Assembly: GCA_964495355.1 (NCBI GenBank)
Contig: CAZBVU010000003.1
Location: 8,775-72,774, forward strand
Source: an uncultured Oscillospiraceae bacterium
GTDB taxonomy: Bacteria; Bacillota; Clostridia; Oscillospirales; Oscillospiraceae
Reading direction: 5' to 3'
DNA length: 64,000 nucleotides
Part shown: one piece after another, positions 47,638 through 56,524 of the stretch
Layout of the letters: each line of letters starts with the position of its first letter
Position numbering within the stretch: position 1 is the first letter of the stretch
Position numbers and translations under genes: made by a program
The notes under the pieces: model-generated
The model's database searches: none
The model's input: the letters and a program-made list of their open reading frames with translations, nothing else
Told to the model about the DNA's origin: nothing

Positions 47638-48585
47638 ATGAAAAAACTGTTTGCACTTCTTCTTGCTCTGTGTATGGTATTTGCTCTGTGCGCCTGCGGC
47701 TCTGGTGACAGCAAGGAAGCCCTCACCTTCACCACCGGCGGTGAAACCGGTACATATTACGCGTTCGGCAGTGTCCTCGCCCAGTATGTCACCACCAACT
47801 CCGACCTCAGTGTCACTGCTGTCACCGGCAACGGCTCTCAGGCCAACATTGAGGATATGGACGCCGGTTCTTACCAGCTCGGCTTCTGCCAGTCCGACGT
47901 TATGAGCTACGCTTACAGCGGCACCAACCTCTTCGACACCGCTGTTGACAGCTTCTCCGTTGCCGCTGCACTTTATATGGAGCAGGTGCAGATCGTCACC
48001 ATGAACCCTGACATCAAGTCCGTTGCTGACCTGGCCGGCAAGAACGTTTCCGTCGGTGCTCTCGGTTCCGGTGTTTACTTCAATGCTGTTGACGTTCTCT
48101 CCGCTTACGATATGACCCTTGATGACATCAACCCCGTATACCAGAGCTTCGGCGACAGCGCTGAAAGCCTGAAGGACAACAAGATCGACGCAGCCTTCAT
48201 CGTTGCAGGCGCACCCACCACTGCAATAACCGACCTCTCCACCAGCGGCCAGGTTTACCTCGTTGCAATTGATGATGAGCACGTTGAAAAGCTGCTTGCG
48301 GCTTCCCCCTACTACTCCGCTTACACCGTCCCTGCTGACACCTACAGCATGCCCGAGGATGTCCAGACCGTGGCAGTTGCCGCAGTTGTCCTCGTGCGTG
48401 ACGATGTTTCCGATGACGCGGTTTACACCTTCGTTTCCACCGTGTTTGCCAACCCCGATGCAATCCAGCACGGCAAGGCAGCTGAGCTTGACACTGCATT
48501 CGCAGCCAGCATGACCAGCGTTCCTTATCACCCCGGTGCAGCAAAGTACTTTGCAGAGCAGGGCTTTGAGGTTGCAACCAAGTAA
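47638..48585 (+). CDS. TAXI-family TRAP transporter solute-binding lipoprotein
   Basis: Start at the ATG at 47638, 9 nt after AGGAGG. Lipobox LALCACGS. TGGETGTYYAFG motif typical of TAXI receptors. Confidence 0.8.
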   Translation: MKKLFALLLALCMVFALCACGSGDSKEALTFTTGGETGTYYAFGSVLAQYVTTNSDLSVTAVTGNGSQANIEDMDAGSYQLGFCQSDVMSYAYSGTNLFDTAVDSFSVAAALYMEQVQIVTMNPDIKSVADLAGKNVSVGALGSGVYFNAVDVLSAYDMTLDDINPVYQSFGDSAESLKDNKIDAAFIVAGAPTTAITDLSTSGQVYLVAIDDEHVEKLLAASPYYSAYTVPADTYSMPEDVQTVAVAAVVLVRDDVSDDAVYTFVSTVFANPDAIQHGKAAELDTAFAASMTSVPYHPGAAKYFAEQGFEVATK

Positions 48586-48751
48586 AGCTTACCTTTAATG
48601 TGTGACTAAACCGGCGGTGCACACCCGCGCCGCCGGTTTCCTTATGCAAAGTGACACTAAATCCTTAACGGTATATTAACGCCATCCGCTGCATTTTGCA
48701 GCGGAAGTGTTGTTTATAAAGTCAATTATTCAAAGTAAGGAGCGTTCCGGA

Positions 48752-50764
48752 ATGTCCGAAAAAAACAAGCACGACAGTATTCTTGACCACATCGTGGACA
48801 CTGAGCACGTTGTGGACAACACCACCGACATTGAGTATGTCGATGTTGGCACGGCGGAAGACGTGGAAAAGCTGATGCGCAAGTACGACAGAGAGTCTAA
48901 CACGCGTATATGGGAGGGCAAGATCGCGCTTGTCGTCCGCGCGATAATGGTTGTTTTCTCTCTCTACTGCATCTATTCCACCCTGTTCAGCGTAGCCGCG
49001 CTGGAAAAGCGCCTTACCGCGTTCCTCGCGTTCGTGGTCGTTATGGGTTATCTCACCTACCCCGCAAGCAAGCATCATGTCCGCCACAACTATATTCCCT
49101 GGTACGATTTCGTTCTCATGGTAATAGGCGCATCATGTTTCCTGTACTTCTATTTCAGCTATGATTCTCTCGTCAAGGTTCTCACCAGCGCCTCTAAGAT
49201 AACCTCCATGCAGGTCGTTATCGGCGTTATCGGCATACTGGTGCTTATGGAGCTTTGCCGCCGTTGTGTCGGTATCCCCATTCTGTGCGTTGCCGGTGTG
49301 CTGCTGATATACACCTTCACCACCGGTATCGGCATAAAGAGAGTTATCTACACCCTTTTCTACACCACCAGCGGTATCATGAGCACCCCTGTTCAGGTAT
49401 GCGCAAAGTACATCGTTGTGTTCATCATCTTTGGTGCATTCCTTGAGCGTACAGGCATTGCCGCATTCTTTATTGAGATTGCAAACTCCCTCGTCGGCGG
49501 CTTTGCCGGCGGTCCTGCCAAGGTCGCAGTCATCTCCTCCGCACTGTGCGGTATGGTCTCCGGTTCTTCTGTCGGCAACACTGTCACTACCGGTTCTGTC
49601 ACCATCCCTATGATGAAGAAGGCCGGATATAAGCCCGAATTTGCCGGTGCTGTTGAGGCTGCCGCCTCCACCGGCGGCCAGATAATGCCCCCCATCATGG
49701 GCGCGGCCGCTTTCCTCATGGCAGAGTATATGAACGTCACCTACGCTGAGGTTGCCCTCCGTGCTATTCTGCCCGCAGTGCTGTACTTCACCGGTATATT
49801 CATTGCTGTCCATCTTGAGGCAAAGAAGCTTGGTCTGAAAGGTCTCAGCCGCGCTGAGCTGCCCAAGCTTGGCAGATTGATGCGCAAGGTTTACCTCCTT
49901 GCTCCGCTGGTCGTTCTGGTCTGGCTCGTAACCACCAACACCCGCACCATGCAGTTCTCTGCAACTATCGCCATCCTCTGCGCCATCTTTGTCAGCCTCT
50001 TTGACAAGGATGATCGCATCACCATCACCAAGATACTTGAGGCTCTTGAAGCCGGCGGCAAGAGCACCATTACCGTTGCTGTCGCCTGCTCCATGGCCGG
50101 TGTCATCTCCGGCTGCATCACCGCAACCGGCCTTGCATCCAAGCTCATCTCCGCTGTTGTTGCAGCATCCAACGCAATCAGCTTTATCGACCCGACCTTT
50201 GTTGCGCTGTTCCTCACCATGATCTGCTGCATCATCCTCGGCATGGGCGTTCCCACCACCGCGAACTACTGCATCATGGCCTCCACCTGCGCCCCTATCC
50301 TTATCACGATGGGTGTTCCCAAGATGTGCGCACACTTCTTCGTGTTCTACTTCGGCATCGTTGCTGATATCACACCTCCTGTCGCACTCGCCGCCTACGC
50401 AGGCTCTGCCATTGCAAAGTCCAACCCGATGAAGACCGGCTTCAACGCCACAAAGCTTGCTATCGCAGCATTCGTTGTACCGTACATATTCTGCATGAAC
50501 CCCGCAATGCTGTTTATTGACGTCACCACTTGGAGCATGATTCAGATTATCATTACCTCCCTTGTTGGTCTCTTCGGCATTTCTGCCGCTCTTGAAGGCT
50601 ACATCATATGCGATCTTCACTTCATCTCGCGTATTACGATAGCTGTCGGTGGTCTGCTGATGATGATCCCCGGCACTGTGACTGACCTTATCGGCGTTGT
50701 CCTCTTCGCCGCAGTTATTCTGGTTCAGTTTCTCAAGAAAAAGAACACCCCCGCCGTTGCATAA
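48752..50764 (+). CDS. TRAP transporter fused permease (TAXI-type)
   Basis: About 670 aa with more than 16 TM helices. Start at the ATG at 48752 after AAGGAG. Directly follows the TAXI receptor gene. Confidence 0.8.
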   Translation: MSEKNKHDSILDHIVDTEHVVDNTTDIEYVDVGTAEDVEKLMRKYDRESNTRIWEGKIALVVRAIMVVFSLYCIYSTLFSVAALEKRLTAFLAFVVVMGYLTYPASKHHVRHNYIPWYDFVLMVIGASCFLYFYFSYDSLVKVLTSASKITSMQVVIGVIGILVLMELCRRCVGIPILCVAGVLLIYTFTTGIGIKRVIYTLFYTTSGIMSTPVQVCAKYIVVFIIFGAFLERTGIAAFFIEIANSLVGGFAGGPAKVAVISSALCGMVSGSSVGNTVTTGSVTIPMMKKAGYKPEFAGAVEAAASTGGQIMPPIMGAAAFLMAEYMNVTYAEVALRAILPAVLYFTGIFIAVHLEAKKLGLKGLSRAELPKLGRLMRKVYLLAPLVVLVWLVTTNTRTMQFSATIAILCAIFVSLFDKDDRITITKILEALEAGGKSTITVAVACSMAGVISGCITATGLASKLISAVVAASNAISFIDPTFVALFLTMICCIILGMGVPTTANYCIMASTCAPILITMGVPKMCAHFFVFYFGIVADITPPVALAAYAGSAIAKSNPMKTGFNATKLAIAAFVVPYIFCMNPAMLFIDVTTWSMIQIIITSLVGLFGISAALEGYIICDLHFISRITIAVGGLLMMIPGTVTDLIGVVLFAAVILVQFLKKKNTPAVA

Positions 50765-50782
50765 TCAAACGGCATAACAAAA

Positions 50783-50824
50783 GCAATCCCCCTCCGTGTG
50801 ACACGTCACCCGGAGGGGGATTGC
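50783..50824. terminator. bidirectional terminator between the TRAP permease and tspO
   Basis: 14-bp stem GCAATCCCCCTCCG / CGGAGGGGGATTGC. Confidence 0.75.
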
Positions 50825-50850
50825 TATATGAATGTTAGACACATCACCTG

Positions 50851-51330
50851 TCAATTCAGCAGGAACACGCCCATGTTGAGGTAGCCGGCGAAGGCTGTCC
50901 ATACGAGGTAAGGCAGCATCAGGCGGCCGGCGCGCTTGTCGATATGATAGAAAAGCACTGTGCATATCGCAATCAACAGCCACATACCTACCAGCCACAC
51001 AAAGGCGGTCAGGTGCAGCTCCAGCGCGAAAAAGATAATAGACCAGAAAAAGTTCATCCCCAACTGCACCGCATAAAAGCTCAGCGCACGATTGCGCCGC
51101 ACCTGCGTGGCCGATGACGTGTAGACGAGATACGCCGCAATGCCCATCAGCACATAAAGCACCGTCCACGCCACGGGGAACAGCCAGTCCGGTGGCGACA
51201 GCGGCGGCTTTCGCATTAGCTTAAACAGGCGCATCCCGTCCATCGTCAGCATTGCCGATGCCCCGCCCACGGCCAGCGGTATGATAAGCGATATTATAAG
51301 CGGCCAAGTGCCTCTATTCTTTTTTCCCAT
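50851..51330 (-). CDS. tspO: TspO/MBR family tryptophan-rich sensory protein
   Basis: 159 aa with 5 TM helices. KPPLSPPDWLFPVAWTVLYVLMG...WSIIFF...LPYLVWTAFAGYLN. Confidence 0.85.
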   Translation of the reverse strand: MGKKNRGTWPLIISLIIPLAVGGASAMLTMDGMRLFKLMRKPPLSPPDWLFPVAWTVLYVLMGIAAYLVYTSSATQVRRNRALSFYAVQLGMNFFWSIIFFALELHLTAFVWLVGMWLLIAICTVLFYHIDKRAGRLMLPYLVWTAFAGYLNMGVFLLN

Positions 51331-51412
51331 TCATTCATCACCTGTGATATTGTATGCCCGTCCGCGCGGTATTATTCTGTCGGGCGTTCATCAATCAGGT
51401 GTATGTGAGGAT

Positions 51413-52063
51413 TTACGCGCCGGTTATTGCGGCATACAGCGCGTCCATATCATCCACCATGCAAGAGGCATCAGGCGCAAGCTGCTCTGCATCGCGAAAG
51501 CCCCATGTGACGGATATGCAGTCCATGCCCGCGTTTTTCGCGGTTTCAATATCCACCTCGGAGTCACCGACATACACGCACTCAGCATTGCTGACACCCA
51601 TTGCGGCCGCGGCGGTATTCACACTGTCCGGACAGGGCTTGCGCCGGACAGTCTCACTCTCCCCTACAGAAAGCTCCAGATACTCCGCAAAGAACGCGTT
51701 TGCCAGCTCACGCACAGCCTTGTCCGGCTTATTGGAGACTATCGCCTGCTTGACCCCCTCTTCTTTCAGGCGCTGCATCAGCGCCAGCATACCCGGGTAG
51801 GGCGCGGTTTTTATGCGGCAATGCGCATCATAATACGGCTTGTAGAATGAAAGCACCTCCTGCATGAGCGCACTGTCCGCGCCGCTTGGCATACAATATT
51901 CAATAAGCTGCTGTGCGCCGTTGCCAAGACCGGCGCGCACGTGTGCCGCGCTTCTTTCCGGCAGACCAAAGCGGCGCAGGGATGTGTTCACCGCCTCCGT
52001 CAAGTCTTGAAGCGTGTCCAGCACCGTACCGTCCATATCATACAAAACAGCTTTATATTTCAT
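51413..52063 (-). CDS. HAD family hydrolase (phosphoglycolate-phosphatase-like)
   Basis: YDMDGTVLDT nucleophile motif, SNK motif, GDSEVDIETAKNAG. Confidence 0.75.
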   Translation of the reverse strand: MKYKAVLYDMDGTVLDTLQDLTEAVNTSLRRFGLPERSAAHVRAGLGNGAQQLIEYCMPSGADSALMQEVLSFYKPYYDAHCRIKTAPYPGMLALMQRLKEEGVKQAIVSNKPDKAVRELANAFFAEYLELSVGESETVRRKPCPDSVNTAAAAMGVSNAECVYVGDSEVDIETAKNAGMDCISVTWGFRDAEQLAPDASCMVDDMDALYAAITGA

Positions 52064-52178
52064 TTTCCACCTCAGAATTATTATTTTTCTTAATTTTATA
52101 TTATAACATATGTGTCAATCTTGAATAATGCGGCAAAATGTGATTAAATTAGCTTGATACATTCGTTGGAGTCAAATC

Positions 52179-53303
52179 ATGAAAACACGAAATCTCATTA
52201 TCGTTTTGCTTGCGCTGTTTATCGTCGGCGGGATATTTATATACGCCCGCACACGTCCGGATGATGCGCGCGGCGTGGTGTCCGTCTGGTGCGTTGATGG
52301 CGGCACAGCGTCCGGTGTGCTCGATGAGCTTGCAAAGGAATATAATCACAGTTTGTCCCGCGCACAGCTTCCGGTTGAGATAAAGCGCTTTGCCGATGAA
52401 GCAGAGTTGGCCGTTACGCTCGATTCCGCCACGCCGGACATTATCCTGTGCACGCACTATCGCGCGTTTGAAATGCACGCACGCGGCAAGCTTGCGGACA
52501 TTTCGTCAGCCCTGAACGATTCTGCCCTTGATTACCCCATGGCGCTGTCCAGCCGCAGTGCAAGTATTGGGTCAAGCTTCTTCCCCCTCGGTATGCAGGC
52601 GCAGGTGCTTCTCGTGAACACCGCGCTGTGCGGTGAAGCGGAGCTGATCACCATGGACGCGCTGTCCGGCAGTGCGCAGAATTATTACAGCGAAAACGGC
52701 GCGGCGTTTTATGCTGTGGATTCTTATTCCGCACTCTTTTTCACTGAGCTTTTGCGCGAGGGTGATGAGTTTACCGCCCAGCTTTCCGACAAGCCCACAG
52801 GGGCATACAAGGCACTGTATAACCTGCTTGCAGATGATGTATACAGCGGCGCGATGCTGCCTACTTGTGATGATGCCGTCGCGCGTGTCCTATCGGGTGA
52901 GCTGGCCTGCGCTATAGTTTCCTCGTCCGCACTGCCAAACAAAATTGGACGCGGATTTGAAATACGCCCTGTACCGCCGCTCTATCAGGAGAACGACAGC
53001 GGATATCTGGCCGAGGCGTGGGGACTTGCCGTAACTGCCGGCGGCAGTCGGAGCGCGGACGATATAGCGTCGTTCATCTCGTGGCTGCTCTCGGGCAATC
53101 GCGGCGTTAAGCTGGCGTTAGAGTGCGGTTTGATACCCGCACAGGAGAGCACGCTCACAACGCATGATGTACTGTGGGGTGCGCTTATCGAGGTGTATAA
53201 GGGCAAAATCGCCGCCCTGCCCACAGCTGACAGTGCGTATGCACAGGGCTGTGAGGCGTTCGAGAGCGAATTTTGCGAAAGATTGCGTTTTTTATATCAA
53301 TAG
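52179..53303 (+). CDS. membrane-anchored extracellular solute-binding-protein-like protein (orphan)
   Basis: N-terminal TM helix, then a periplasmic-binding-protein-like sequence (VSVWCVDGG...ELAKEYN...PDIILCTHY). No permease or ATPase gene is adjacent. Confidence 0.4.
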   Translation: MKTRNLIIVLLALFIVGGIFIYARTRPDDARGVVSVWCVDGGTASGVLDELAKEYNHSLSRAQLPVEIKRFADEAELAVTLDSATPDIILCTHYRAFEMHARGKLADISSALNDSALDYPMALSSRSASIGSSFFPLGMQAQVLLVNTALCGEAELITMDALSGSAQNYYSENGAAFYAVDSYSALFFTELLREGDEFTAQLSDKPTGAYKALYNLLADDVYSGAMLPTCDDAVARVLSGELACAIVSSSALPNKIGRGFEIRPVPPLYQENDSGYLAEAWGLAVTAGGSRSADDIASFISWLLSGNRGVKLALECGLIPAQESTLTTHDVLWGALIEVYKGKIAALPTADSAYAQGCEAFESEFCERLRFLYQ

Positions 53304-53380
53304 TATAGCAGATTTTATTGCATTAACGTGCAAGCGGTGGTATAATCACAGTATATTCTTTTATAAAACGAGGTAATAAA

Positions 53381-54052
53381 ATGGAAGGCTTCAAAGTTCT
53401 TGAAATAAAAAAGAGCGTTTTTGAAAACAACGACCGTGAGGCTGAGCTTCTGCGCAAGGAACTCAAGACCAACAAAACATTCCTGCTCAACCTGATGAGC
53501 TCCCCCGGTTCGGGCAAGACCACCACGCTGAAGGCTACTATCGCCGCGCTGAAGGATGAGTTCCGCATCGGCGTTATGGAGGCTGACATTGATTCTGACG
53601 TTGACGCGGCCACCATCGAAAAGACCGGCGCAAAGGTCATTCAGCTTCACACCGGCGGTATGTGCCATCTGGACGCGGGCATGACCAAGCAGGGGCTTGA
53701 GGGTCTCGGCGTGAACGATGTTGACTTTGCAATACTCGAAAACGTTGGCAACCTTGTGTGCCCGGCTGAGTTTGACACCGGCAGCAGCAAAAACGCAATG
53801 ATCCTCTCTGTTCCGGAGGGTGATGACAAGCCGCTCAAGTACCCGCTTATGTTCTCCAAGTGCAATGTGCTGCTGATAAACAAGATTGACGTTATGCCGT
53901 ACTTTGACTTTGATCTGGAAGCCTGCAAGAAGTACGTTTACCGCCTCAACCCCGACATCAAGATAATCCCCATCTCCGCCCGTACCGGCGAGGGCATTGA
54001 TGAGTGGGCAGATTGGCTGCGCAATGAGATCCGCGCATGGAACGCCGACTAA
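53381..54052 (+). CDS. hypB: nickel-insertion GTPase HypB
   Basis: P-loop LMSSPGSGKTTTL, CHLDA metal-binding motif, ENVGNLVCP, NKID. 223 aa. Confidence 0.9.
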   Translation: MEGFKVLEIKKSVFENNDREAELLRKELKTNKTFLLNLMSSPGSGKTTTLKATIAALKDEFRIGVMEADIDSDVDAATIEKTGAKVIQLHTGGMCHLDAGMTKQGLEGLGVNDVDFAILENVGNLVCPAEFDTGSSKNAMILSVPEGDDKPLKYPLMFSKCNVLLINKIDVMPYFDFDLEACKKYVYRLNPDIKIIPISARTGEGIDEWADWLRNEIRAWNAD

Positions 54053-54075
54053 TTTAATTTTAATAACGTAGAAAA

Positions 54076-54112
54076 ATCCCCCACGCTGTATTTCAAATTG
54101 CAGCGTGGGGGA
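54076..54112. terminator. bidirectional terminator
   Basis: ATCCCCCACGCTG-(11 nt)-CAGCGTGGGGGAT followed by ATATTTTTT. Confidence 0.8.
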
Positions 54113-54131
54113 TATATTTTTTCAATTATTA

Positions 54132-54833
54132 TCAGCAGCAGAAGAAGCGATAGCCGCAGGTGGGGCCAAGGCACGCATTCAGCGCGCACGCAGTAAGGCA
54201 CAGCCTGTCAACACTGAGGCCGGTCGTATAATGTGTGGCGTAATTATCGTAAAAATCGCCGCCGCTTTGAAGCTGCTCCAGCAAGCGCCGATACTCTTCA
54301 TTACCCGGGTCAATCTCAACAGCGCGCCTTGCAGCATCCAGCGCGGCAATTTTATTGCCCATATACATATTTGCACCCGCCGTGAGATAGTACCACTTGC
54401 CATCCCGCTCAGCCATGGGCACACCGGACAGCGCGTTTAACGCCTCGCGGTACATTCCATTGCGGATGTACACCTTGGCCGCCGCATATTCACTGCGCTC
54501 ACTCTGCCGCGCAGAGCCGCCGGTAAAGTCGCCCCAGTCACCGCCTGTCCACGAGCCCCACGGGTTATACCCGGCGCCGTAGTGACCGTATCCACCGTAG
54601 CTTTGCCCGCCGTATCCATATCCGGCACCCTGGCCGCCGTAGCTTTGCTGTGCGGTGCCGTTCTTTATCTGATCGTATGCGGCGTTCACATCGCGCATCT
54701 TCTGTGCTGCCGTTGGGTCATCGGGGTTGAGATCGGGGTGATACTTCTTGGACAACTCCCTGTATGCTTTTTTGATCTCTTCATCCGTGGCATCACGCGA
54801 CACGCCCAGCACCTTATACGGATCCTGATACAT
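54132..54833 (-). CDS. J-domain protein with a Gly/Tyr-rich linker, TPR-like region and Cys-rich hydrophobic tail
   Basis: Start at MYQDPYKVLGV. J-domain HPD motif (KKYHPDLNPDD). GGQGAGYGYGGQSYGGYGHYGAGY linker. The C-terminus ends CLTACALNACLGPTCGYRFFCC. Confidence 0.75.
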   Translation of the reverse strand: MYQDPYKVLGVSRDATDEEIKKAYRELSKKYHPDLNPDDPTAAQKMRDVNAAYDQIKNGTAQQSYGGQGAGYGYGGQSYGGYGHYGAGYNPWGSWTGGDWGDFTGGSARQSERSEYAAAKVYIRNGMYREALNALSGVPMAERDGKWYYLTAGANMYMGNKIAALDAARRAVEIDPGNEEYRRLLEQLQSGGDFYDNYATHYTTGLSVDRLCLTACALNACLGPTCGYRFFCC

Positions 54834-55674
54834 CTTTCTTTCCCTTCTCATCCGCATTTTTATCTGCAGAGAATTTACTGTTAAACTGTTGCCATAGGCC
54901 AAGGCAGAGGATATTTTTCAGTATATCCACGTCCTGCACCAGAGGCAGCTTATCAAAATAAAACACGGCTTCGCTTATAAGCATTTTCAAAATACTGCGG
55001 AAGCGCTGCTCATTATCAAGGCCGTAATAGCGTCGAAATGGGTTATAGCTATTATGCCGCGTGTCCGCGTCGAGATCCATTGCCGCGTCCATAATATAAA
55101 TAAACTCACCCAACGCCCTGCCCATTGCGCGCATAAGCCCGCTCCATCTGTCCTCACGCCAGACCAGTATTTCCGCCATGAGTGTACCAAAGGTCGCTGC
55201 GGCGGCATCCGGTGATTCATCATGCGCCTTTTCCAGCTCGCGCAAAGCGGCGATGGAGTCAACCATTGCGCTGTGCTGGCGCGGATACTGCTTGCTGAGC
55301 AACTGATACGCCCGCTCCAGAACCTTTGCCTCTGCAAGGGAGGTCAGCTTTGCCTCATCATCCCAATCGTCCATACATTTGAGGTAGGCAAGCATCACAT
55401 TCATATCCGCGGCGTAGTCCGTAACCTCGCTTGAAATATACGCGTGCGGCGTTTTGGGATGCGCTATGCACCGCAGTTCCCCCGCGCCCTCCTCCGGCTC
55501 ATACAGCGAACCGAGAAGCAACACCAGAAAGGTCAGGTCATAATTCAGCGTAAGCCGGGCAAGCTCGCCGTGGCGCAGCTTCAGTGCACGGCAAAGCCCG
55601 CAATAGCAGGCCCTGTAGCGTGTCTGCTGCTCCTCCGTCAAAGCCCCCGGCTGTGCGGCAAGATATCCGAACAT
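54814..55674 (-). CDS. DUF5685-like protein
   Basis: The N-terminal MFGYL...YRACYCGLCRALKLRHG...LTLNYDLTFLVLLL matches my recollection of DUF5685. Overlaps the J-domain gene by 20 nt. Confidence 0.55.
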   Translation of the reverse strand: MFGYLAAQPGALTEEQQTRYRACYCGLCRALKLRHGELARLTLNYDLTFLVLLLGSLYEPEEGAGELRCIAHPKTPHAYISSEVTDYAADMNVMLAYLKCMDDWDDEAKLTSLAEAKVLERAYQLLSKQYPRQHSAMVDSIAALRELEKAHDESPDAAAATFGTLMAEILVWREDRWSGLMRAMGRALGEFIYIMDAAMDLDADTRHNSYNPFRRYYGLDNEQRFRSILKMLISEAVFYFDKLPLVQDVDILKNILCLGLWQQFNSKFSADKNADEKGKKDVSGSV

Positions 55675-55676
55675 GG

Positions 55677-56078
55677 TCAGGTCTTACCAAAGAAGGAGTT
55701 ACCGCATTTGCGGCAGACTATTTTCACCTTACCTCTGTGGCGTGGAACGCGCAGATTTGTGCGGCAGCTCGGGCAGGTAAAGAACTTGTAATCCTTGCGC
55801 TGCACCCATATCTCGCGGCGCATACGAAGCCACGCGTCAACTTTATATTTCATGCGGATATACTTTCCGTTTTCCTCGCGGCGCTTATACACGTTGCGTG
55901 AAAACATACGGAAATATACATATACGGCCAGCGCCACACACAGAGGAAACAGTATACCGCTTATGCTCTTTACAAAGCTGGCTATCAGCAGCAGAATCAT
56001 ATCCACCACTAGAAGAAATAAATTCAGCTGGTCATTGCCGTACCTTCCGGCCATAAACCTTGCCAAACGTTCTCGCAT
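55677..56078 (-). CDS. small membrane protein with a C-terminal zinc ribbon
   Basis: Two TM helices, then CPSC...(15 aa)...CRKC. 133 aa. Its stop is 2 nt from the start of the DUF5685 gene. Confidence 0.5.
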   Translation of the reverse strand: MRERLARFMAGRYGNDQLNLFLLVVDMILLLIASFVKSISGILFPLCVALAVYVYFRMFSRNVYKRREENGKYIRMKYKVDAWLRMRREIWVQRKDYKFFTCPSCRTNLRVPRHRGKVKIVCRKCGNSFFGKT

Positions 56079-56261
56079 TTACTCACCCTGATAAAAAAGT
56101 TTATTATAGCTGACGGGAATGGACATAATCATCCCCACCGGCACTTCAGTAATTTTATCACAATGGCGTCCTAAAACATCACAGAATTGTGAATTTACAT
56201 GAAATTTGCATCAAATACTTCAGCACCATTATTTGATGGTCTGCAAGATGAGCGTTCGCCC

Positions 56262-56440
56262 TCGCCTCCCTCTGATAGAGGGAGGTGGCAAAAAACTGTG
56301 TTTTTTGCCGGAGGGAGAGACTTTTTTTACCGAAAAGTTGCGATATGGTTGGTGCCAGTTCCTTCCTCCCTAAAGGACTAGGCCGCAAGCGGCCGTCACA
56401 GGCACGGACGAGCCGTGCCAGCTCCCTCATCAGAGGGAAC
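56262..56440. repeat. array of stem-loops built on GAGGGAG/CTCCCTC heptamers (REP/MITE-like element or structured RNA)
   Basis: CTCCCTC at 56266-72 and 56422-28. CCTCCCT at 56365-71. GAGGGAG at 56278-84 and 56311-17. GAGGGA at 56433-38. Additional hairpins: GGCAAAAAA/TTTTTTGCC (56287-56309), GGCCG/CGGCC (56381-94), GGCACGG/CCGTGCC (56401-19). Confidence 0.6.
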
Positions 56441-56466
56441 CACAGGAACACGTTTTACCCGTAGGT

Positions 56467-56503
56467 AAAAATCGTTCTGCGAGTTAACCGCAGAACGATT
56501 TTT
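56467..56503. terminator. bidirectional terminator downstream of ddl
   Basis: 15-bp stem AAAAATCGTTCTGCG / CGCAGAACGATTTTT with a 7-nt loop. Confidence 0.85.
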
Positions 56504-56524
56504 AGGTTTACATAACTTTGTATC

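Noticed and set aside
54814-54833. The 20-nt overlap between the DUF5685-like gene and the J-domain gene, considered as a possible frameshift or fusion.
   Set aside because: Both reading frames are intact. The J-domain protein starts with a canonical MYQDPYKVLGV at an ATG inside the overlap. Short overlaps are normal in tightly coupled operons.
56179-56451. 90-aa minus-strand ORF in the ddl / zinc-ribbon intergenic gap.
   Set aside because: It is made almost entirely of the hairpin array, and its translation is palindrome-derived low-complexity sequence. It has no RBS. I treat the region as a non-coding repeat or RNA.
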